From: a virus
Direction: 5' to 3' (one strand)
Virus record (IMG/VR): IMGVR_UViG_3300021602_000003
Span: 32,001 to 96,000 of that record
DNA length: 64,000 nucleotides
How positions within the stretch are numbered: the first letter of the stretch is position 1; every line of letters begins with the position of its first letter. The translations under genes and the position numbers were made by a program. The notes below the pieces were generated by a model that was given only the letters and a program-made list of their open reading frames with translations, ran no database searches and was not told where the DNA came from. Shown here one piece after another: positions 1 to 6,805 of the stretch.

Positions 1-86
1 GTGAAAGAGAAGGGCTTGTATTTAACTGCAACGAATGTCATGCAAGTTTTAAAGTGGTATCAAATAGATATTTATTGAAGCAATAA
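1..86 (+). CDS. RNA ligase, C-terminal end only (ATP-dependent Rnl2/DRB0094-like), 5'-truncated by window
   Basis: Frame 3 reads EREGLVFNCNECHASFKVVSNRYLLKQ* (TAA 84-86), matching nucleotidyltransferase motifs IV (EGxVx) and V (SFKxxS..YLLK) at the C-terminus of this family; not in ORF track. Confidence 0.7.
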   Translation, partial: EREGLVFNCNECHASFKVVSNRYLLKQ

Positions 87-242
87 TTATTTCTTCTTGG
101 GTCCTGTTTTTGCCCTGTGAGGTATTATTTCTTTATTTTTTAATACAGACAATACTCCACTTCCATTTATTGCAAGTTCGTTCGCTATCTGAAAAGGGCC
201 CATACCCTTATTATGGAGATACAGAATCATATTTTCATTCAT
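87..242 (-). CDS. small HTH-like protein (51 aa)
   Basis: MNENMILYLHNKGMGPFQIANELAINGSGVLSVLKNKEIIPHRAKTGPKKK*; minus-strand GATAAATA at 248-255 just upstream. Confidence 0.6.
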   Translation of the reverse strand: MNENMILYLHNKGMGPFQIANELAINGSGVLSVLKNKEIIPHRAKTGPKKK

Positions 243-301
243 AATATTATTTATCTAATTGGCCACGATATACACGGTAATTATGAAAATATTTATTAGA
301 A

Positions 302-309
302 GATAAATA
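302..309 (+). promoter_or_regulatory. T4-like late promoter GATAAATA (representative copy)
   Basis: Same motif precedes many genes (~5093, 5526, 9497, 15687, 17942, 19210, 20083, 21610, 24293, 28350, 32246, 43288, 47394, 49332, 50081, 51923); analogous to T4 TATAAATA. Confidence 0.8.
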
Positions 310-329
310 GCGTATCGAAAGGATACGCT

Positions 330-926
330 ATGAGATTATCAGAAATACAATTAACGGAGAGTGTTACATTTGGTGTAGCAAGATTAGAAGATCATAACGG
401 TCAGCAAGTATACAGCGATCCATTTCAGAAAAAGACAATGGAAAAATGCTGGGTATGCCACGGCACAGGTAAAGAAAAATTTAGTGGTTATACCGATGAA
501 GGTGGGATAGAACATCCGGCAACCGAGCATACCTGCGGATATTGCAACGGCAAAGGTGAAAACGAGGAGTGGAATACAACTGCTTCCGAATTAAACGTCT
601 CAAATTCTAATGCAATGGAAATACAACGAATGTTAGGGCTAGATGCCGATTATTCCGGTGTTATAAAACAGAAAGATTTCCCATTAGTAAAACGAAAATT
701 GATTCGACTAAAGAACGGCGACATATCGGCTCACACCGAATTGCCAAATACCTCCGGCGGCCAAATGAAAAAATACAAGGATGATCGGGGCGTGACCGCA
801 ATAGGCCGAACTGCAACAATGCATGACGCTGGTCGGTCACATTCTCAAGTTGAAAGGTATATTGATACATTATTATCTCTTATTGATTTCGCTCAAAAGA
901 GTAATTGCGATGTGGTTTGGGGATAA
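330..926 (+). CDS. hypothetical protein with DnaJ-type CxxCxGxG zinc finger
   Basis: CWVCHGTG and CGYCNGKG; N-terminal MRLSEIQLTE leader; late promoter. Confidence 0.75.
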   Translation: MRLSEIQLTESVTFGVARLEDHNGQQVYSDPFQKKTMEKCWVCHGTGKEKFSGYTDEGGIEHPATEHTCGYCNGKGENEEWNTTASELNVSNSNAMEIQRMLGLDADYSGVIKQKDFPLVKRKLIRLKNGDISAHTELPNTSGGQMKKYKDDRGVTAIGRTATMHDAGRSHSQVERYIDTLLSLIDFAQKSNCDVVWG

Positions 927-928
927 TA

Positions 929-1696
929 GTGAGATTACAAGAACTTTTCGAAACGACAGAAGAAGACAGGGCATTAATTTCTCTGTCTTCCACCATTTAT
1001 GCACAATTGAAGCAATACATTAATGTAGATCAAGATTACACAGATGAAGATCAAGAATTAATATCGCTAGGAAAGATAGGTGATTTATTCGATACACCGA
1101 TCAGTGTATTAAACAATGTTAGTTTAGAATTACAGGGCGGACAACCGTTCTTAAGACGAGCCGAAGCAATGTCGGGTGAAGACGAATTAAGTTTTTCCGG
1201 TAAGATTATAATGGGTATATGGGATGAGAAAACTAGCACAATAGTTCTTAATTTAGATTATTTAGATTCCGATCGAATGAGGACTAGCATAACACACGAA
1301 TTACGCCATGCCCTGGACGAATATAAATCTGGATCATTCCCGCCTAGTCCTATGAACAAGGACGCTAGTAAAATAAATCGTTATTCTACACCGAAGAAGA
1401 AAGAACACAGGAAAGAAGATCCGTACAGCAATGTTTCGTATCGTGCTCAACCTGCAGAGATAAACGCAAGATTCACAGAAGTATTAGATACATTAGCAAC
1501 CAGGATTATTCCTAGAGCAATTAAGTCATCACCTGACCAAGCTCGGTCAACGATCATGCATGATCTCAATCATCTACTTACGAAGTATGAAATAGCAGAT
1601 TTGTTTCCAGAAAAAACACAATCGAGAGATTATAAAAGACTCTTAAAACGTGCTGTAGACTTCGTAGATAAAGAGTTAGCGCATCTAAACAGTTAA
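929..1696 (+). CDS. putative zincin-like metallopeptidase (HExxH), possibly virion-packaged
   Basis: THELRHALDE and downstream EINAR; likely GTG start at 929 giving MRLQELFE leader. Confidence 0.65.
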   Translation: MRLQELFETTEEDRALISLSSTIYAQLKQYINVDQDYTDEDQELISLGKIGDLFDTPISVLNNVSLELQGGQPFLRRAEAMSGEDELSFSGKIIMGIWDEKTSTIVLNLDYLDSDRMRTSITHELRHALDEYKSGSFPPSPMNKDASKINRYSTPKKKEHRKEDPYSNVSYRAQPAEINARFTEVLDTLATRIIPRAIKSSPDQARSTIMHDLNHLLTKYEIADLFPEKTQSRDYKRLLKRAVDFVDKELAHLNS

Positions 1697-1734
1697 ATAG
1701 GCGGTTTTTGGCCTATATTCGCAACGAATTCGGG

Positions 1735-1763
1735 TTGACTGCATAACTAAAACACTATATAAT
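1735..1763 (+). promoter_or_regulatory. sigma70-type promoter for ncRNA 1
   Basis: TTGACT-N17-TATAAT. Confidence 0.85.
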
Positions 1764-1782
1764 ACAACTTGTATAATTACAA

Positions 1783-2031
1783 AGAGTGGATCCAGCAAAC
1801 CAAAATACATCGAAAGATGACTATGTCGTTGCTTAAAATATATATAATGGAGGGGAAACCTAACATATGTATTAACGAACTCGGTGGAGCTATCTCGAAT
1901 GAGTAGCGTTGAAATCGAGTAAGTGTGTAACAAACCACACGGGCAGTGGTAAACACGTCCAAAACGGCGGTAAGGCTTCGTTAGCAATATATGGTTCTTC
2001 GGAACAGCAATATTGTCCCTTACACCACTCT
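1783..2031 (+). ncRNA. CAGCAA-stem RNA 1 (long, multi-hairpin; Y-RNA-like candidate)
   Basis: AGAGTGG(1783-89) pairs CCACTCT(2025-31); TCCAGCAA follows the 5' strand; internal CATC-GAAA-GATG and GTTC-TTCG-GAAC tetraloop hairpins; own promoter. Confidence 0.7.
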
Positions 2032-2055
2032 GTTTTCAATTAAGTATTGGTTTAG

Positions 2056-2084
2056 TTGACAAAGATAATTTGTTCAATTAAACT
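2056..2084 (+). promoter_or_regulatory. sigma70-type promoter for ncRNAs 2-4 and Ro-like gene
   Basis: TTGACA-N17-TAAACT. Confidence 0.75.
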
Positions 2085-2104
2085 AGCACACTTGTAGACA
2101 TTAA

Positions 2105-2199
2105 AGATTAGTTACAGCAATTAAAAAATACTGCACTAGGTAACGAAAGTTATCGAACCTTTCCGGAGGGGAAAGCAAAAACTCGCCAAAAGCTAATCT
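2105..2199 (+). ncRNA. CAGCAA-stem RNA 2
   Basis: AGATTAGTT pairs AGCTAATCT; ACAGCAA after 5' strand; internal GGTAAC-GAAA-GTTATC and CTTTCC..GGAAAG hairpins. Confidence 0.7.
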
Positions 2200-2215
2200 G
2201 TTTTTATAATTTTAA

Positions 2216-2319
2216 AAGATCGTTTCAGCAATAAAATCTTAAAGCCAAACCAGTGGACCGGTTCGATTCCGGGTTATTAGTGTAACGGTAGCACACAGGT
2301 AAAAAAGAAAAGCGATCTT
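2216..2319 (+). ncRNA. CAGCAA-stem RNA 3, circularly permuted tRNA mimic (YrlA-like)
   Basis: AAGATCGTT pairs AGCGATCTT; T-arm CCGG-TTCGATT-CCGG (2258-72) precedes D-arm TAGTGTAACGGTAGCAC (2278-94). Confidence 0.8.
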
Positions 2320-2325
2320 GATTAA

Positions 2326-2361
2326 AGAATTTGAACAGCAATCACGTAAATTAACAATTCT
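2326..2361 (+). promoter_or_regulatory. minimal CAGCAA-stem element in 5' UTR of Ro-like gene (putative operator)
   Basis: AGAATT..ACAGCAA..AATTCT directly before AAGGAG RBS (2363-68) and ATG 2377. Confidence 0.6.
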
Positions 2362-2376
2362 GAAGGAGAAAGTAAA

Positions 2377-3816
2377 ATGACAACATTATTTGAAGCAGTA
2401 AACACAACAGCAGTAACAGCCAATGGCGCCGTTACAAACGCATCCTCGTTAAACAAGAACGTGGACTTATTTTTCTTGGCCGGCGCAAGCCGTGGCAAGG
2501 ATATTACACCTACCTTCGTTGGTGCGATGGTAGAAGATTCCGAAGTGGCAATTCGTGTCCTTGAATGGGCACGTGATGCACGTGGCGGAGCAGGTGAACG
2601 TGAAACTTTCCGTAAGTTGTTCGCTTATGTTTTGAAGACTGAACCAGCATTGGCTACTCGCCTGTTGGCAAAGGTTCCGGAACTTGGTCGTTGGGACGAC
2701 TTGTTTGTTGTATTTGGTTCTCCGTTAGAGCGTGACGCTCTGCGCTTAATTGCTGCAGGATTGAAGGATGCAGCAACACAAGGCCTTTGCGCTAAGTGGT
2801 TGCCACGTCAAGGTGCAGAAGCGAACAAGATTCGCTCGTACTTGAAGTTGACTCCAAAGGAGTATCGTAAGTTACTCGTTGGTCTGTCCAACACAGTTGA
2901 ACAGAAGATGTGTGCCCGCGAATGGGATGGAATTGTGTACCCGCATGTTCCGTCTGTTGCAGCAGGTCGCTACCAGAAGGCTTTCTTGAAGCACGACCCG
3001 AAGGGTTATGCCGACTACAAGGCTAAGTTGGTTACAGGCGAAGCTAAGATCAACGCCGCTGCGGTTTACCCGTACGACGTTATCCGTTCGTTAAACAACG
3101 GAGATGCTACTGTTGCTAACGCACAGTGGAAGGCTTTGCCAAACTACTTAGAAGGTTCGGACGAAAACATCCTACCGGTTGTTGACGTTTCGGGTTCTAT
3201 GGGTGGTGTTGCTGTATCCGGTAGCGTAACTGCTATGGACGTTGCAATTTCTTTGGGATTGTACACATCCGAACGCATGGGTGGTGTGTTTAAGGACCAG
3301 TTCGTTACTTTCTCCGGTGCACCAGAAATGCTGCACTTGAAGGGTGACTTAGGTCAGCGTTACGCTCAGATGGCTCGTTCCGACTGGGGTATGAACACTG
3401 ACTTAGGTGCAGTATTCAAGTTAATCTTGAATGCAGCAGTGAAGAGCAAGGTTGACCAGAAGGAAATGCCGACAAAGATCTTGATCTTGTCTGACATGGA
3501 ATTCGACGCTTGTGTAACAACAGGTGGTAGCGGTGTGCGCCGAAGCTACAATTCGACAGGTGGATCTGCAGTGAGCGTAAGCGCAATGGAGTTCATCGAG
3601 AAGGAATATGCGGCAGCTGGTTACAAGGTTCCGCAGGTTGTGTTCTGGAACCTGAATGGGAGAAGTGGAAACTCGCCTGTCACTTATAATAAAATTGGGA
3701 CTGCATTAGTAAGTGGATTCTCCCCTTCTATTGTGAAAAGTGTATTAGGCGGCGAAGAAATGACACCCATTTCGATAATGTTAAAGACTGTAATGATAAA
3801 GAAATATGATTTCTAA
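2377..3816 (+). CDS. Ro60/TROVE-like protein with C-terminal vWA domain (DUF2828-type)
   Basis: RDARGGAGER, ELGRWDDL, AKWLPR, VPSVA motifs; vWA MIDAS DVSGS, TDLGAVF, ILSDMEFD, VFWNL; high-expression codon usage. Confidence 0.85.
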   Translation: MTTLFEAVNTTAVTANGAVTNASSLNKNVDLFFLAGASRGKDITPTFVGAMVEDSEVAIRVLEWARDARGGAGERETFRKLFAYVLKTEPALATRLLAKVPELGRWDDLFVVFGSPLERDALRLIAAGLKDAATQGLCAKWLPRQGAEANKIRSYLKLTPKEYRKLLVGLSNTVEQKMCAREWDGIVYPHVPSVAAGRYQKAFLKHDPKGYADYKAKLVTGEAKINAAAVYPYDVIRSLNNGDATVANAQWKALPNYLEGSDENILPVVDVSGSMGGVAVSGSVTAMDVAISLGLYTSERMGGVFKDQFVTFSGAPEMLHLKGDLGQRYAQMARSDWGMNTDLGAVFKLILNAAVKSKVDQKEMPTKILILSDMEFDACVTTGGSGVRRSYNSTGGSAVSVSAMEFIEKEYAAAGYKVPQVVFWNLNGRSGNSPVTYNKIGTALVSGFSPSIVKSVLGGEEMTPISIMLKTVMIKKYDF

Positions 3817-4592
3817 TCAGTAATCTTTTCTACACGCCATTGTTTCTTATGTGTCGACTTACTTCTTTCTGCTTCGTAAAGATTACCGGCACATAAGGAA
3901 TTATCCCTGGCGAATTCTAAAACAGATGATGGAAAATATTCGATATTATTAATTATATCGATTATTTTCCATTTCTTATTATTATAGCCCGGGTGGCCTT
4001 GCATTGTCAGGGATTGTTTATTGCATGATTCGGCAGATCGTATTTTCCCTAAATTTATATTACTAAGAAATTCTTTGGTCTTTTCTGTATGTGGTTTTCC
4101 TGGTTTGCCTTTATTTTGGCTGGGTCGTGATATGCCGGCCCGCCCTATTAATGCCTGAGATATTTTTTGTCTATGTTCTGTTGTTTTAGGTTTAGATACC
4201 CCTGTATGTAGATATTTCGCGGATTCTGCAGAAAATATTCTGCATATTTCAAATTGTCTTGCAGTTAATTTCCTGCATTGATTTGATGATTTTCGCATAA
4301 ATTGGGCCATGGCAGATTTCATTTTATATTGTATATCGGAATTAAAACATTTAGTCAATAGTAGATGTGCTATAAAATGCTCTCTAGCAGTTAAAATTAC
4401 AAAATTATTTTTATCTTTCTTTTGCTCGTTGGTACATATACATGCCGGTAATATATGATGTAATTCTGTATATCCATACTGGTTATGTAAAATTTTATAC
4501 TCCTTCTGTCTCTTGGTATATTGTCCCCTCTCTAAAATTTTATTATTACACAATTTTAAATACCATTTTAAATACTTATTTTGTATTGACAT
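3813..4592 (-). CDS. HNH homing endonuclease with NUMOD3 repeats
   Basis: ELHHILP..N.VILTAREHFIAHLLL; HTEKTKEFLS-type repeats. Confidence 0.85.
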   Translation of the reverse strand: MSIQNKYLKWYLKLCNNKILERGQYTKRQKEYKILHNQYGYTELHHILPACICTNEQKKDKNNFVILTAREHFIAHLLLTKCFNSDIQYKMKSAMAQFMRKSSNQCRKLTARQFEICRIFSAESAKYLHTGVSKPKTTEHRQKISQALIGRAGISRPSQNKGKPGKPHTEKTKEFLSNINLGKIRSAESCNKQSLTMQGHPGYNNKKWKIIDIINNIEYFPSSVLEFARDNSLCAGNLYEAERSKSTHKKQWRVEKITD

Positions 4593-4674
4593 ATTCGATT
4601 AAGTAATTCATTTATTTGCTCGCCCTTTTAACTTACAAATATTTATCTCTTTATTGATAATTTGTGTGGTTTAT

Positions 4675-4702
4675 TTGACATGCATATTGTTTATGTTATA
4701 AT
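4675..4702 (+). promoter_or_regulatory. sigma70-type promoter of ncRNA/tRNA cluster
   Basis: TTGACA-N16-TATAAT with extended -10 TG. Confidence 0.75.
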
Positions 4703-4725
4703 AAGACATAAATAGATACATATTA

Positions 4726-4806
4726 AGAATGGTTACTGCCTTCACTTAGATCAGACCCTTAGAAAAATAAATAATCGTGCATTGCTGTCCCTTTGCACAC
4801 CATTCT
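4726..4806 (+). ncRNA. variant stem RNA (CTGCC instead of CAGCA)
   Basis: AGAATGGT pairs ACCATTCT; 3' end TGTCCCTT..ACACCAYTCTG shared with RNA 1. Confidence 0.55.
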
Positions 4807-4816
4807 GTAAAGATAT

Positions 4817-4890
4817 GCCCTTGTAGTATAATGGTAGTACAACTGACTTGTAATCAGTTGGCGGAGGTTCGATTCCTTCCTGGGGCACCA
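4817..4890 (+). tRNA. tRNA-Thr(UGU)
   Basis: Cloverleaf; ACTGA-CT-TGT-AA-TCAGT; GGTTCGATTCC; CCA end. Confidence 0.95.
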
Positions 4891-5010
4891 AAATTTAGTT
4901 CTGCAGATAATACAACCGAATGACTTATTTGCAATAGAGAACGAGATGCCCTCCTTGATAGCTGCATTTGTGTGAATATAGATAATATCATAGGGTAACT
5001 TAAAGGACAT

Positions 5011-5084
5011 GCGGGATTAGTTTAGTGGTAAAACCAGTGCCTTCCAAGCATTAGTTAGGAGTTCGATTCTCCTATCCCGCTCCA
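5011..5084 (+). tRNA. tRNA-Gly(UCC)
   Basis: GCGGGA..TCCCGC-T-CCA; AGTGC-CT-TCC-AA-GCATT. Confidence 0.95.
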
Positions 5085-5122
5085 GTTATTGAGATAAATA
5101 ATAGTTTAGCCCGGGAGGTTAT

Positions 5123-5227
5123 ATGTTTAATTTAATTATAGGTATTGCAATTGGTGCAGCATTTGCTCCATTCTGGATGATGATGTGGAATCAGGTTAAA
5201 GCATGGTGGGCATCGAAGCAAAAGTAA
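5123..5227 (+). CDS. small membrane peptide (34 aa)
   Basis: MFNLIIGIAIGAAFAPFWMMMWNQVKAWWASKQK*; GGAGG RBS and late promoter upstream; below ORF-track cutoff. Confidence 0.7.
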   Translation: MFNLIIGIAIGAAFAPFWMMMWNQVKAWWASKQK

Positions 5228-5234
5228 AGAATTT

Positions 5235-5308
5235 ATCGGCGTAATTCAATGGTAGAATAGGCTCCTTATAAGGGCTCAACTCAGGTCCGATTCCTGACGT
5301 CGATACCA
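5235..5308 (+). tRNA. tRNA-Ile(UAU), atypical
   Basis: ATCGGCG/CGTCGAT-A-CCA; GGCTC-CT-TAT-AA-GGGCT; T-loop TCCGATT. Confidence 0.8.
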
Positions 5309-5316
5309 AATATTAA

Positions 5317-5428
5317 AGTATAGTTTCAGCAAAATAAAAATCTTTTCATAAAAGAACGGTCGCGGTTCGAATCCGTGGTTCCCCGAAAGAGGAATTAGTG
5401 TAATGGTAGCATGTTAAAAAGCTATACT
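5317..5428 (+). ncRNA. CAGCAA-stem RNA 5, circularly permuted tRNA mimic (YrlA-like)
   Basis: AGTATAGTT pairs AGCTATACT; T-arm CGCGG-TTCGAAT-CCGTG (5361-77), acceptor-like stem closed by GAAA (5378-95), then D-arm TAGTGTAATGGTAGCAT (5396-5412). Confidence 0.85.
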
Positions 5429-5433
5429 GAAAT

Positions 5434-5522
5434 GGAAGATGATTTATGCAGGTGTATAACACTGCTTCGAAAACAGTTGGGGTCGGCAACGGCCTGGGGT
5501 TCGATACCCCCATCTTCCTCCA
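5434..5522 (+). tRNA. tRNA-Ser(CGA)
   Basis: GGAAGAT/ATCTTCC-T-CCA; TT-CGA-AA loop; long variable arm GGTCG-GCAA-CGGCC. Confidence 0.85.
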
Positions 5523-5540
5523 AAAGATAAATATGGTATA

Positions 5541-5771
5541 ATGAAATTATTTGAACTATTATTAGAAAAAAAGGTAGAATCTACATGGATATCAGACCTT
5601 ACACATAATAGGCCGAATAAAGTATTGACAATGCGATTGTCAAACGGTAAATCGTTTTCGATTCCGGGTATAACACGTAGCATGTTTGAAAAATGGTCGA
5701 GATCCGGATCTAAAGGTAGATTTTGGCACCAGTTTATCAAAGGCAATTATAAAGCTACACGAATTAAGTAA
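5541..5771 (+). CDS. KTSC domain protein
   Basis: VESTWISDLTH..LTMRLSNGKSFSIPGI..SGSKGRFWHQFIKG pattern; MKLFELLLE leader. Confidence 0.75.
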   Translation: MKLFELLLEKKVESTWISDLTHNRPNKVLTMRLSNGKSFSIPGITRSMFEKWSRSGSKGRFWHQFIKGNYKATRIK

Positions 5772-5774
5772 TAT

Positions 5775-5849
5775 CTGGCGTTAGTATAGTGGAAAATACA
5801 GTTCTCTTCTAAAGAATAAACAGTGGTTCGATTCCACTACGCCGGACCA
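5775..5849 (+). tRNA. tRNA-Arg(UCU)
   Basis: CTGGCGT/ACGCCGG-A-CCA; GTTCT-CT-TCT-AA-AGAAT. Confidence 0.92.
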
Positions 5850-5871
5850 GCATTAACTAAGAAAGAAATAG

Positions 5872-6351
5872 ATGTCATACAATTTTACATTTTTTTGGCA
5901 GAATAGATCGCCATTTTCAAATTGGTATCCTAGCATTTTTACGCACAACGGTATTACTTTTTCACGAGGTGAGCAATACATGATGTACCAAAAAGCCATT
6001 ATGTTCGGCGACGTTAATACTGCTCACGCTATTTTATTGACCGGTAATCCTAAAGAACAAAAAGATTTAGGTAGAATGGTAGCTAACTATGATGAGGCAA
6101 CCTGGTCAGCAAAAAGGGTAGGCATAATGGTGGAAGGGTTATTTGAAAAATTTAATCAAAATCCTTTATTAAAAGAAGCATTATTGAATACAGGCGATAC
6201 TATTATTGTTGAAGCAAGCCCCGTTGATAGAATATGGGGTATTGGTCTTACCGAAGATGACCCACGTGCATTAGATCAAACAACTTGGCAAGGTCAGAAT
6301 TTACTAGGCATTACTTTAATGCAAGTTAGAGATGCAATCAGAAAACTTTAA
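5872..6351 (+). CDS. NADAR (YbiA-like) family protein
   Basis: PFSNWY, EQYMMYQKA, KFNQN..L..LLNTG, EASPVDRIWGIG, GQNLLG. Confidence 0.92.
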   Translation: MSYNFTFFWQNRSPFSNWYPSIFTHNGITFSRGEQYMMYQKAIMFGDVNTAHAILLTGNPKEQKDLGRMVANYDEATWSAKRVGIMVEGLFEKFNQNPLLKEALLNTGDTIIVEASPVDRIWGIGLTEDDPRALDQTTWQGQNLLGITLMQVRDAIRKL

Positions 6352-6805
6352 AGAAAAATTAGAGATGGGGATAGACGCAGAAAATCTGGTCTATCCATAC
6401 TTAGTAGCACATAACAGCTATGTAGAAGACCTTCGCCAGCAAAAACATGGTGAATTTGCGGGACCATGTTTATGTGGCACTGAAGGGCGATTAGTTCTGC
6501 CAGATTTTGCAGTCTATAACAAAAATCCTACCAAAGGTACATTTGCAGTAGATGTCAAATCTAAAAATTCTATATATACAATAAATGGAAAGAAATGTTT
6601 TACAGTAGATGACAAGTATGAGCAATATAAGAAAGCCACTGAGATTAAGCGTTTAGATTATTTGGCTATTATATTCCTGTACGAAAATAGAATGTATATG
6701 TATAAAGAATCCGAATGTGGCGGTATGCATCAGTATACCCCTAGCTCATATGGCAACGGCCGAGTATATTATTTCGAGTTTGATAAATCAAAGATGGTAT
6801 ATTGA
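6332..6805 (+). CDS. putative PD-(D/E)XK nuclease-fold protein
   Basis: G..AE..V, LPDF, VDVKSK. Confidence 0.55.
   Translation: MQSENFKEKLEMGIDAENLVYPYLVAHNSYVEDLRQQKHGEFAGPCLCGTEGRLVLPDFAVYNKNPTKGTFAVDVKSKNSIYTINGKKCFTVDDKYEQYKKATEIKRLDYLAIIFLYENRMYMYKESECGGMHQYTPSSYGNGRVYYFEFDKSKMVY

Noticed and set aside
1685-1987. Minus-strand ORFs (100 and 61 aa) over the ncRNA region
   Set aside because: No RBS or protein motifs; plus-strand promoter and structured RNA explain the region
1781-2361. CRISPR-like mini array of repeated AAAG..CAGCAA units
   Set aside because: Repeats are not identical and spacing is irregular; conservation is at the level of base-pairing, and there are no cas genes
4891-5010. 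Hairpins between tRNA-Thr and tRNA-Gly as a tRNA-associated (theta/HDV-like) ribozyme
   Set aside because: Could not build the nested double pseudoknot by eye, and there is no CAGCAA stem; left unassigned
4759-5746. Minus-strand ORFs 4759-5010 and 5444-5746
   Set aside because: Antisense shadows of tRNAs and the KTSC gene
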